From a virus (lineage: Duplodnaviria; Caudoviricetes), in the IMG/VR virus record IMGVR_UViG_3300027533_000013, positions 32,001-96,000 of that record: DNA of 64,000 nt; one strand, given 5' to 3'. Shown here piece by piece: positions 55,935 through 64,000 of this stretch. The notes beneath the pieces were generated by a model. It worked only from the letters and a program-made list of their open reading frames with translations. It ran no database searches and was not told the origin of the DNA. Numbering within the stretch: position 1 is the stretch's first letter; every line of letters begins with the position of its first letter. Made by a program: the position numbers and the translations under genes.

Positions 55935-56880
55935 ACAGTGTGTGGCGTTTCTTGAAGCCCTGAGATGCACGCAGATACGGGTGAAGGACAACGGATGGGT
56001 GGAGGCTGCGTGCCCCTTGGCGAAATGGTTGCATAAGAAGCACGTCGATCACACCCCTTCGTTTGGATTGCAAGTCGCACCCGGTCAACGTAGCTGGTTC
56101 ATGTGTTTTGCGTGTCGGCAAGGGAGTGCCGAAGAATTGCTGTCCAGCATCGAGATGCACTCGCACATGAATGCGAAATACGACTTCGCACGGTGCCACC
56201 AGCTATTGCAAGACGAAGAATACGTGGTGCCACTTCCGGAGTATGGCGAGTTCGCCAGTGCGGCACAGGTGTTCGACCCGTGGCCACAATACTGGCTGGA
56301 CAGCTTTCAGAAAGCAGACTGGGTGATTGAGGCTATTCAGTATTTGACGCATCGAGGGGTGTCAGCTACCACGGTTCAGCAGTATGACCTGCGTTGGGAT
56401 ATGAAGCGACAGATGCTGGTGTGCCCGTACCGTGACGTGTTTGGGCGGCTGGCAGGAGCCCGAGGTCGTGCCGTGGGGGATGCCACCCTGAAACACTACG
56501 ACTATACGTGGCAGGGTAAGAACAACGCGAGACTTTGTTGGTACGGCGAAGAAGTCCTGAACCTGCCCGGTCCTGTCGTGGTGGTGGAAGGCCAGTTCGA
56601 CTTGTGGAAGACCGCCACGGTGTTCCCGAAGACCGTCGCTAACCTCACGGCGAAGCCCACGCTGGAGAAAATGAAGAAGCTCGGGGACTGTGGGATGGTG
56701 ATCCAGATTCCAGACCGTGATGAAGCGGGGAAGGAAAGCATGCACCGGTATGCCAAGCTCTGTGACCAGCTTGAACTGGAATACCGTCCTATCTGGCTTG
56801 ATGAGGGTGTGAAAGATCCGGATGAGTGCCATCCGGACTACCTGAAGGAGAGAATCCTGCAATCAATTGCAGTCACTTGA
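55924..56880 (+). CDS. DNA primase (Zn-finger + Toprim)
   Basis: CP..H..D..PSF..CFAC; YL..RG; VVVEGQFD; PDRDEAG; KDPDE. Confidence 0.85.
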   Translation: MTAEQCVAFLEALRCTQIRVKDNGWVEAACPLAKWLHKKHVDHTPSFGLQVAPGQRSWFMCFACRQGSAEELLSSIEMHSHMNAKYDFARCHQLLQDEEYVVPLPEYGEFASAAQVFDPWPQYWLDSFQKADWVIEAIQYLTHRGVSATTVQQYDLRWDMKRQMLVCPYRDVFGRLAGARGRAVGDATLKHYDYTWQGKNNARLCWYGEEVLNLPGPVVVVEGQFDLWKTATVFPKTVANLTAKPTLEKMKKLGDCGMVIQIPDRDEAGKESMHRYAKLCDQLELEYRPIWLDEGVKDPDECHPDYLKERILQSIAVT

Positions 56881-56905
56881 CAAACTGAGACGATGATGTT
56901 AAAGT
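56877..56905 (+). promoter_or_regulatory. sigma70-like promoter for the SSB gene, with the 14-bp palindrome 5 bp upstream
   Basis: TTGACA-17-TAAAGT with TG extension; TGCAATCAATTGCA at 56858-56871. Confidence 0.7.
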
Positions 56906-56949
56906 TCAAAGTTGATCCACCGCCGATCCAAGAAACTCAAGGAGAACCG

Positions 56950-57711
56950 ATGGCGTTCACATTCCTGAAGAAAGGCGCAGAAAGCGCCAAATTGGCTCAA
57001 AAAGCAGCCATGGAAGCCGAACAACGCAAGGCGGAACAAGGCAAGATGTTCCGGTTCTGGATGAAGGAAAAGGAAGAGGCCCGTATCACGTTTGTGGATG
57101 GTGACCTCAATGCTGACGGTCATCTGGTGCCACCCCGGTTTTACGAGCACGTGTTGTTTTTGAACGGATCGTGGAATAACCAGTTCGTTTGCCCCGAGAA
57201 GACCAACCCCGATAGCAACGATAAGTGCCCGATCTGTGAGTCGGGTGAACGTCCGTCACTGGTGGCCCTGTTTACCGTCATCGATCACCGTCAGATTCAA
57301 TCGAACAAGGACAAGACGAAGGTCTACAAGGACCAGAAGAAGTTGCTGGTCGCCAAGGCCCAGACCTACGAGATGCTGAACAAGCACGCGACGAAGCGTG
57401 GTGGCTTGGCCGGATGCACGTTTGATGCCTCTCGTGTGGGCGACAAGTCCGCATCGGTCGGTAGCATGTTCGAATTCGTAGAGAAGCACGATATCAAGGA
57501 ACTTCAGGCCATCTACATGATCGAGAAGATCGATCCGAAGACGAACCAAAAGACCAAGGTCACGAATTTCACGCCTGCGAACTACGATACCGAGATCATC
57601 TATCGTACGGGTGATGAACTTCGTAAATATCTGAAGGGAATTAACGACATCCCTTCTAGCGGATCACCAGCGGCTCCGGGTGGCGGTCCAGATTATTCGA
57701 AGGAGTTATAG
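56950..57711 (+). CDS. single-stranded DNA-binding protein (gp32-like)
   Basis: AAGGAG RBS; RFW, YEH..C..CPIC Zn site; located in the replication/recombination cluster. Confidence 0.65.
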   Translation: MAFTFLKKGAESAKLAQKAAMEAEQRKAEQGKMFRFWMKEKEEARITFVDGDLNADGHLVPPRFYEHVLFLNGSWNNQFVCPEKTNPDSNDKCPICESGERPSLVALFTVIDHRQIQSNKDKTKVYKDQKKLLVAKAQTYEMLNKHATKRGGLAGCTFDASRVGDKSASVGSMFEFVEKHDIKELQAIYMIEKIDPKTNQKTKVTNFTPANYDTEIIYRTGDELRKYLKGINDIPSSGSPAAPGGGPDYSKEL

Positions 57712-57714
57712 CTT

Positions 57715-59049
57715 GTGATTACCCAGCAAATACCGGTTCGAACGGGTGCAATGTCTACCTACCCCTATTCAGAGGGGTTGGAGAAAGCGTACACGTTCGA
57801 ATCGGCGTTTGATGGGGAGATCGTGTGTGGAGCCATCAAGCAGGGCAACATGTTGCTGGTGCCCCGTGAGAGCGTGCCCTACGCGATTCCTGAGAATGAC
57901 TACCGATCATACATTCCCGTGTCCGTGCCGGTGCCATGCACGTTCGTGCCCCGCAACGAGGAACAGCAGGCCCTGTATCTGAAGTCACTGAAGCTCCTAC
58001 AGGGCGGTCAGAGCCACATGTTCGAAGCACCCACCGGGTGGGGCAAGACGGTCGTCGGTGGGGCCATAGCAGCCGCCGTAGGCCAGCCGACGCTCATCGT
58101 GGTGACCAAGGAAGACTTGATGCACCAGTGGCGGGATTCACTGACTCAGGTGCTGGGTGTGCCCATGAGTATGGTGGGGCAGATTCAGGGAGATATTCAG
58201 GACTGGAAGGGGAAGCAGTTCGTCTTGGGGATGGTGCAGAGTCTGATGATCGAAGGCAAGTACCCACCCGAGATGTATCGGTATTTCGGATTCCAGATTC
58301 TGGATGAGTGCCATCAGATGGCGGCGGATTGCTTTGTGCGTGCCTGCCAGATGGTGTCAGCCAAGCTCCGACTCGGATTCAGTGCGACCCCGACACGGAA
58401 GGACGGGAAGACCAAGCTCCTGCACTGGCATATTGGCCAGATCATGGTCAAGGGCACGGTGATGACCGCGAAGCCCAAGATTTTGATTCGTCAGAGTAGC
58501 TGGTCCATTCCAAGACGCCGAGGTAAATACGGACAGCAGGGTCAACCGATTCCCCACTCGCCCGGTCGGATGATGCTGGTCAATAAGGCCATGGCCTCGT
58601 CGGACATTCGGAACATGGAAATCGTCAACTTCGTGCTACAAGCCTATAAACAAGGCCGTATCACGCTGGTTATGTCGGACCTGAGAGATAGCCACCTGAA
58701 CCGACTGTTTCAGATGTTGACAAATGAGGGCATACCGGGGGAAGATATAGGTTACTACGTCGGTGGAATGAGTAAGGCAGAATTGTCGCACACAAAGAAG
58801 CGACGTGTCGTCCTCGGGACGTATAAAATGTGCTCAACGGGCACGGATGTTCCTCACTGGGATACTTTGGTGATGGCGACTCCACGAGCCGATATTAAGC
58901 AATCTATTGGCCGAGTGCTACGTGCGGTAGACGGGAAGAAACAGCCAGTGATTTTCGATCTGGTTGACAAGAACGCCATTTTCCAAGGATTCCATTTGGC
59001 ACGTCTAAAGCAATACTACGCTTTGGGCGCGGAAGTGGTTAAGGTCTAG
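57715..59049 (+). CDS. superfamily 2 helicase (UvsW/XPB-like)
   Basis: APTGWGKT, LDECH, SATPTR, GTDVP, QSIGRVLR. Confidence 0.9.
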   Translation: MITQQIPVRTGAMSTYPYSEGLEKAYTFESAFDGEIVCGAIKQGNMLLVPRESVPYAIPENDYRSYIPVSVPVPCTFVPRNEEQQALYLKSLKLLQGGQSHMFEAPTGWGKTVVGGAIAAAVGQPTLIVVTKEDLMHQWRDSLTQVLGVPMSMVGQIQGDIQDWKGKQFVLGMVQSLMIEGKYPPEMYRYFGFQILDECHQMAADCFVRACQMVSAKLRLGFSATPTRKDGKTKLLHWHIGQIMVKGTVMTAKPKILIRQSSWSIPRRRGKYGQQGQPIPHSPGRMMLVNKAMASSDIRNMEIVNFVLQAYKQGRITLVMSDLRDSHLNRLFQMLTNEGIPGEDIGYYVGGMSKAELSHTKKRRVVLGTYKMCSTGTDVPHWDTLVMATPRADIKQSIGRVLRAVDGKKQPVIFDLVDKNAIFQGFHLARLKQYYALGAEVVKV

Positions 59050-59053
59050 GAGA

Positions 59054-59506
59054 ATGGGTATGGCACTGATTTGGAAGACTCAAGAAGTAGCTGAGCCGGT
59101 GAAGGCCGGGTTCAGTTGGGACGCATGGTATGCGAAGAACAAGACACGCCTGTCGGAGAAGCGTGCCAAGCGGTATCGTGAGGACGTAGGCTATCGGAAT
59201 GCGGCACTCGCCCGTAGTCGGGCACAGCGAGGCACGAAGAAGCCGACGCCTGCGGGTGACCACACGGTGTCGTTCAACGATGCCGCGCAGACGTTAGGCG
59301 TCACGGTGTGGGTGTTGCGTGAATGGCGACGGAAAGACTACTTCCCGGAGCCAACACGTCGAGATGGTCGTCTGTGGTTCGCGCCGTGGCAAGTTCACAA
59401 CCTGTCGTTTCTCGTGGACTACTTCGCCAAGCACGGATCGAGAGTGTCGGAGCAGACCCGTGCGGGATTGGAAGATATCGTTCGGTTGATCTATGCGAAT
59501 TGGTAG
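59054..59506 (+). CDS. HTH (MerR/excisionase-like) DNA-binding protein
   Basis: SFNDAAQTLGVTVWVLREWRRKDYFPEP..GRLWF. Confidence 0.7.
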   Translation: MGMALIWKTQEVAEPVKAGFSWDAWYAKNKTRLSEKRAKRYREDVGYRNAALARSRAQRGTKKPTPAGDHTVSFNDAAQTLGVTVWVLREWRRKDYFPEPTRRDGRLWFAPWQVHNLSFLVDYFAKHGSRVSEQTRAGLEDIVRLIYANW

Positions 59507-59509
59507 GGA

Positions 59510-59884
59510 GTGAACATGGCGTTGAAGGTTGGGAAAGTCGTGTTGGGGAATTCGCAGGCGAAGACTCAGGGGGCAGATTACACGAAGCATCTGACCACGA
59601 AACCGGTGACCGGGATGGTGACGTCATCCAAATCCGTCGCAGGCAAAGAGGTGGCAGCTTCTGCGTCTGAGACGAAGACGCTCCATCCCGGTGTGTTTTC
59701 GAACGGCATGTCCATCACGGTGGAAGGGGGCCGTGTCATCAATCTTGGGAACTACGAAACCGCCCGTATTGGTGTCACGATCACGGTGCCGTGCGATCCA
59801 AGCACACTGAACGAGGCATATAGTTTTGCCACAGAATGGGTGTCGTCAAAAATTGACGAGGCGGTTAAGCTGGCTAAAGAATGA
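59510..59884 (+). CDS. hypothetical phage protein
   Basis: INLGNYETARIGV motif common in phage replication regions. Confidence 0.6.
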   Translation: MNMALKVGKVVLGNSQAKTQGADYTKHLTTKPVTGMVTSSKSVAGKEVAASASETKTLHPGVFSNGMSITVEGGRVINLGNYETARIGVTITVPCDPSTLNEAYSFATEWVSSKIDEAVKLAKE

Positions 59885-59913
59885 TTGACAAATTGCTAGC
59901 CGTCTGGTAAGCT
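59885..59913 (+). promoter_or_regulatory. sigma70-like promoter for recA
   Basis: TTGACA-17-TAAGCT with TG extension. Confidence 0.7.
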
Positions 59914-59943
59914 ACGCGCTCTCGCCATCGCAAGGAGTGCTCA

Positions 59944-61134
59944 TTGGCCTTAGTCGTGAAATCGACGGTCCCTCTGAAGCCTGTACCCGTGGTGCCCAAG
60001 AAAGACAAGGGCAAAGTTCCACCGTCTGGCAACCTGATGGAAGTTCTTGCTGGAATACGCAAGGACAAAGGCGACAAGGTCGTTGTCGCTGGGAACAAGA
60101 TTCCGGTCGTGCGACGGATGCCGACTGGTATCTTCGAATTCGACTTCTATACCGGTGGTGGCTTCCCCTGTGGCCGCTACAGCATCGTCTACGGCCCTGA
60201 AAGTTCCAACAAGACCAACCTCTGCCTGAAGGCGGTAGCGAACGCCCAGAAGCAGCCTGCACCCTGTAACAAGGCCATCTGGGTCAACGTCGAACAGAGC
60301 TTCGACCCTGTCTGGGCTGAGAAGATGGGTGTCGATACCCAAGAATTACTGGTGGTGAATGCCGGATATGGAGAAGAAGCCATCGACTTGGTGGACGCGC
60401 TTGTCAGGGCTGAAGACGTGGCTATTGTTGTGGTCGATTCAATGGCTGGACTTATTGCCTCCAAGGAGATCGCGCAGTCGGTCGAAAACTACGACATCGG
60501 GACGTCGGCGCTCCTGATCAAACGCATGGTGAATAAACTCATGATTGCCTTTTGCGAATCGCAGAAGCGTGACCATGACCCGTGCGTCATCTTGATCAAT
60601 CAGACCCGGTTCAAGCCGGGAGTGATGTTCGGTGACCCCGAGACGATGCCCGGTGGTGAGGCCCAGAAGTTCCTGTCCAGTCTCAGAGTCCGTGTCTACG
60701 CCAAGAACATCATCGATAAGGGCACCAATACGCTGGTGTTCAAGGATACGTCTGCCATCATCAAGAAGGCCAAGGTGCCCGTCAGGGCGACCAGTTTTGA
60801 CTTCAAGCTGTGTGTCCATGCCCATGATGATTTGCAGGTAGGTGAGACAGACAGTTTCCACATGGTGAAGTCCTACCTACAGGCTCTCGCCTTCCTGTTG
60901 AAGACCCCCAAGGGGTACACCATCGGAAAGACCACGTTCCCGACGCTGACCGCGATGCAGGAACGGTATATGAAGGACAACAAGTTCAAGCTGCTTCTTC
61001 AGGGCATGGTCATCGATGCCTACAAAGATAAGTTGATGCTGGTGGAAGAAGCCGATTTTTCACCCAAGGAAGTGCAGCCGGGGACACCTGTGGGTGTGCA
61101 ACCAATTGCAAATGGAGAGGAAGATGCCCAATGA
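59944..61134 (+). CDS. recA: RecA/UvsX-like recombinase
   Basis: GGFPCGR..YGPESSNKT, VVDSMAGL, INQTR, FGDPETMPGG.AQKF. Confidence 0.9.
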   Translation: MALVVKSTVPLKPVPVVPKKDKGKVPPSGNLMEVLAGIRKDKGDKVVVAGNKIPVVRRMPTGIFEFDFYTGGGFPCGRYSIVYGPESSNKTNLCLKAVANAQKQPAPCNKAIWVNVEQSFDPVWAEKMGVDTQELLVVNAGYGEEAIDLVDALVRAEDVAIVVVDSMAGLIASKEIAQSVENYDIGTSALLIKRMVNKLMIAFCESQKRDHDPCVILINQTRFKPGVMFGDPETMPGGEAQKFLSSLRVRVYAKNIIDKGTNTLVFKDTSAIIKKAKVPVRATSFDFKLCVHAHDDLQVGETDSFHMVKSYLQALAFLLKTPKGYTIGKTTFPTLTAMQERYMKDNKFKLLLQGMVIDAYKDKLMLVEEADFSPKEVQPGTPVGVQPIANGEEDAQ

Positions 61135-61453
61135 TTTGCCAGAGATGGTCAATCTGAAAGAGATAACCGTTGAGGAATTCATGGAGGAATATCGGCGTCT
61201 TGGCCATGCTATTCAGACTGGTGTCGGTTATGAACACGAATACGGGTCACAGGATGGTACGCCCAAGCATTTGCGAACGGGACTGGCCAATGTGATGTCT
61301 GATTTGGGTTCCATCGGTCGGTTGTTGATTGCCAAGGGAGTCATCACCGAACAGGAGTATTTCCACGCCATTCTTGAGGGATTGAAACAAGAAGTGGCTG
61401 TCTACGAACAGAGGTTGGAAGCACGTCTCGGGGCCAAGATTACGCTTGCATAG
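61124..61453 (+). CDS. hypothetical protein
   Basis: HAIQTGV..TPKHLRTG..LLIAKGVITEQEY. Confidence 0.6.
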   Translation: MPNDLPEMVNLKEITVEEFMEEYRRLGHAIQTGVGYEHEYGSQDGTPKHLRTGLANVMSDLGSIGRLLIAKGVITEQEYFHAILEGLKQEVAVYEQRLEARLGAKITLA

Positions 61454-61461
61454 GAGAAGTC

Positions 61462-61821
61462 ATGAGACAGATTGACATGCACCACGACGGGCACGACCTG
61501 AATGAGTCCATCGTTATCGTCACGGACGATCCGGACCAGAGTGGTGCCGCCCACAACTACGACCTGTCCATCAAGGGCACGAAGGTGGGCCTGATTCAGT
61601 TCCAGAAGGGTCCACGCAACGAAGAAGGCTCGACACCCGGTGTGACGGAGGCTGCGGTCTTGGCCATCCTCATTGACCGTCTCCGTGGCTTTCAGGCGGG
61701 TCCGTATGCCTGTCGGGAGAACGCCATCCAACTCACGAAGCTGGAAGAGACGTTGATGTGGACGAAGGAACGAGCGCACGCACGAGCGAAGCGCGGTGTG
61801 CTGGGCAAGAATGTCAAGTAG
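61462..61821 (+). CDS. tad1: Thoeris anti-defence protein Tad1 (signal sponge)
   Basis: GAAHNY, IQFQKGPRNE..GV, DRLRGFQAGPYACRENA..LTKLEETLMW..R...RGVLG match the Tad1 family pattern as recalled. Confidence 0.8.
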   Translation: MRQIDMHHDGHDLNESIVIVTDDPDQSGAAHNYDLSIKGTKVGLIQFQKGPRNEEGSTPGVTEAAVLAILIDRLRGFQAGPYACRENAIQLTKLEETLMWTKERAHARAKRGVLGKNVK

Positions 61822-61829
61822 GAGTTACC

Positions 61830-62195
61830 GTGGACCTATCTTTTGATCAGCTACGTGCCGCCAACGTGGAGCGGTGTGAGACGGCGTTTCACTCGATTGA
61901 GGCGTGGGAGCCGTGGTCGTGGTCGAATGCGATGGCCGGAGAGTGTGGTGAAGCCTGTAATCTCACCAAGAAGATGCAACGCATCTGGCCTGCCAACCAA
62001 TACATTCTGAACTGGAATAAGACCGAGGACCAGCGGTTGGAAGAGTTGGCTGAACGTCTGGCTGGGGAGATTGCCGATGTGGTGATCTACGCGGATCTGT
62101 TGGCCGCACGTATTGGTAGGTCACTCGGTGAGTGTGTACGTCAGAAATTCAACGAGAAGTCCGAGGAGATTGGTAGCCCAATTCGATTGCCATGA
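61830..62195 (+). CDS. MazG-like nucleotide pyrophosphohydrolase
   Basis: AGECGEACNLTKK..LAGEIADVVIY..KFN. Confidence 0.8.
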   Translation: MDLSFDQLRAANVERCETAFHSIEAWEPWSWSNAMAGECGEACNLTKKMQRIWPANQYILNWNKTEDQRLEELAERLAGEIADVVIYADLLAARIGRSLGECVRQKFNEKSEEIGSPIRLP

Positions 62196-62560
62196 GCAGC
62201 AATCCGTATCTGAATCGGTTGGCCAACGCAGGGACTAATGCTCACGGGAAGAAGTCTGAGAAGCGGGTAGCCAAGTCCATGGGAGCCAGACTGCATCCGA
62301 ATTCAGGAGCGATGCGTGGGGCGAAGTCGGATGCGAGTCTCCCCAAGTTCCGGATGGAGATGAAAAGTTCGACCACGAAGACGGTGCCCATCGACATGGC
62401 GTGGCTCGTGAAGATCGCTCATGAAGCGTTGGCGCACAATCAAGCACCGGTCGTGGTGGTGTCCTTTGTGGACCCGAGAGGTGAACCCCGCATGAAGCAG
62501 TACGCGGAGTGGGTGATGATGCCCAAAGCCGTGTTTCAGGAGTTGACGCATGAAGACTGA
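62192..62560 (+). CDS. Holliday junction resolvase-like PD-(D/E)xK nuclease
   Basis: GKKSEKRVAK..PNSGA...KSD..MEMKS. Confidence 0.7.
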   Translation: MSSNPYLNRLANAGTNAHGKKSEKRVAKSMGARLHPNSGAMRGAKSDASLPKFRMEMKSSTTKTVPIDMAWLVKIAHEALAHNQAPVVVVSFVDPRGEPRMKQYAEWVMMPKAVFQELTHED

Positions 62561-62756
62561 ACTGCGAGTGGCTTCGCATACCATTGTTGGTGGAGCCATG
62601 GTGGTGGAGATTTGGCATGATGGAAAGTTCATCGGCCAAGTGACTGGTGCAGATGGGCCGGGAGTGCGGGTGATTTCGAAGTATCCGATGCTTCCACAGT
62701 GGCATGCGGATCAGGCGATCAAAGCGGTAGAAATCAAGATTGCTTCTGGTGATTAG
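62550..62756 (+). CDS. hypothetical protein
   Basis: AGGAG RBS; 68 aa. Confidence 0.5.
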   Translation: MKTELRVASHTIVGGAMVVEIWHDGKFIGQVTGADGPGVRVISKYPMLPQWHADQAIKAVEIKIASGD

Positions 62757-62758
62757 TT

Positions 62759-62977
62759 ATGCCGAAGACGAAGTATGCCACCCTCGTGTTCAGTGATGGA
62801 CGCCTACTGACCGTGACGGTAGCCGAGGAAGGGTGGCCACCGGTTATTGAACACACGGATATCAAGGCTACTGGGGCGACTCATCGTGATAAGACGCTGG
62901 TGGTCCGAGAGAAGGTCGTGAAGTTTCGTTACTACGGGTGTCAGTACGGTATTGGTGCCTATGTTGAGCAACCCTAA
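62759..62977 (+). CDS. hypothetical protein
   Basis: Tightly packed 72 aa ORF. Confidence 0.5.
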   Translation: MPKTKYATLVFSDGRLLTVTVAEEGWPPVIEHTDIKATGATHRDKTLVVREKVVKFRYYGCQYGIGAYVEQP

Positions 62978-63888
62978 TGTCGTCGTGGCTGTATAACGCT
63001 ATCCATCAAGCGACTTACCCCAAGCACTCCATCATCGGGGTATTGAAGCGTCAGTTGGGTGGCCAGCAACCCGGTCGCTCGATGAAGATCGTCCACGCAT
63101 CGGACGTGACCAAGGTGGATTTTTGTCCGAGACGGTGGGCACTGTTTGATCTGTTTGAGAAGGAAGCTCAGCCTCAGTATGTGGCGACGGCTATGGACGT
63201 GACCTACCAGATGGGATTCCATGCCGAGACATTGGTGGTCGAGGAATGGGCTGGAGATGCCGTGGTGGGCAACTGGAAGTGCCGCTGGTGTGATGAGCAG
63301 CGGTCAATGGTGCCCAAGCCCTCGGGCTACTGCAAGGTCGTGCCAGAGAGTGCCATCCCCATCAGGAGACACTGGTGGAAGCACCTTCAGATGGTGGTTG
63401 AGGCTCCTGAGTATGGGATTCAGGGTGGCGTCGATGCCCTGTTCAACATCGGTGCTCCGCAACTGACGATTACCGAAGTCAAGACCATGAATCCCACGGA
63501 GTTTGAGGCGATTGTGGCACCATTGCCTGAGCATCGACTCCGGACCAATCTCTACATGTGGATTCTGGCCAATTCCAAGCATCCGTTCAAAGACAAAATT
63601 AACGTGCAGGAAGCCCGTGTGCTGTATATTAGCCGGGGCTATGGAAAGCTGAACGCCGAGTGGAACGAGATTCTGCCGTTCAAAGAGTTTGTCGTCAAGC
63701 GGAATGACCTAGACCTGAATGAATTCCTGAAGAGAGCCAAAGCATTGAAGGTGTTTCGGGATCAAGGTCTGATGCCCAGCGGCATCTGTGCGACGGCATT
63801 GGACAAGATTGCTAAGAGTTGCAGTGTGTGTGCTCCCTGTTTCTCGGGTAAGTATTCGGCTGGTAAGTATCCGCCAAAGGTTGAGTGA
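62977..63888 (+). CDS. Cas4-like PD-(D/E)xK exonuclease
   Basis: HASD..FCPR, G..H, GGVDA, EVKT, LY; C-terminal C..CSVC..C. Confidence 0.75.
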   Translation: MSSWLYNAIHQATYPKHSIIGVLKRQLGGQQPGRSMKIVHASDVTKVDFCPRRWALFDLFEKEAQPQYVATAMDVTYQMGFHAETLVVEEWAGDAVVGNWKCRWCDEQRSMVPKPSGYCKVVPESAIPIRRHWWKHLQMVVEAPEYGIQGGVDALFNIGAPQLTITEVKTMNPTEFEAIVAPLPEHRLRTNLYMWILANSKHPFKDKINVQEARVLYISRGYGKLNAEWNEILPFKEFVVKRNDLDLNEFLKRAKALKVFRDQGLMPSGICATALDKIAKSCSVCAPCFSGKYSAGKYPPKVE

Positions 63889-64000
63889 TGATCTGGTTGC
63901 TCGTATTCGTGTCGGTGTTGGTCGTGGTGATTCTCGTCGTGGTGCTCTGGCTTCTCTATCGTTTTCATGAACTGGATGCGCTGATGCAGAAAGCATCGGT

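Larger units (their letters stand above)
672..61110. repeat. dispersed 14-bp near-palindrome TGCAATYRATTGCA (~20 copies)
   Basis: Copies or near-copies start at 672, 4825, 6254, 8406, 9878, 11840, 14624, 17999, 22834, 24066, 26233, 30702, 34250, 38768, 45536, 47083, 47865, 51366, 56858, 61097. Confidence 0.85.

Noticed and set aside
672-61110. 14-bp palindrome as a CRISPR array
   Set aside because: Copies are kilobases apart and often intragenic, with no repeat-spacer periodicity. The Cas4-like gene is a stand-alone phage nuclease with no other cas genes.
1-64000. Stop-codon reassignment
   Set aside because: Conserved genes are intact in the standard code and end in TAA, TAG and TGA with tight packing.

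Overview
This window is part of a tailed dsDNA phage genome with a siphovirus-like layout. Almost all genes are on the + strand. The order is: portal (747-2612); a ~12-kb insert of probable head-packaged cargo genes; XkdF-type prohead protease, scaffold and major capsid protein; head-tail joining genes; a glycosyltransferase/methyltransferase cluster; tail tube, frameshifted chaperones, tape measure and many tail-tip proteins (to ~45.9 kb). An early/replication region follows, with AAA ATPase, a tRNA-like RNA, initiator, loader, DnaB, primase, SSB, SF2 helicase, RecA, Tad1, MazG, resolvase and a Cas4-like nuclease. No terminase, integrase or DNA polymerase was recognised here. The main candidate new system lies at 2.6-14.3 kb. 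It is a modular array of putative virion-delivered effectors: three PI3/4K-HipA-like kinases, an ADP-ribosyltransferase-like domain, a possible SAM lyase, an Acb1-like 2H phosphoesterase, a GNAT-like domain and a zincin protease. Most share a short tag, [YF]xx[VI]LK followed by [WF]..(H/Q)PR..G.[FW]. Most are followed by a small putative immunity gene, and part of the array splits a MuF gene into two halves. Other notable signals are about 20 dispersed copies of a 14-bp near-palindrome (TGCAATYRATTGCA) and HNH genes that sit between duplicated 5' ends of their target genes. All assignments come from reading motifs by eye; no database searches were run.
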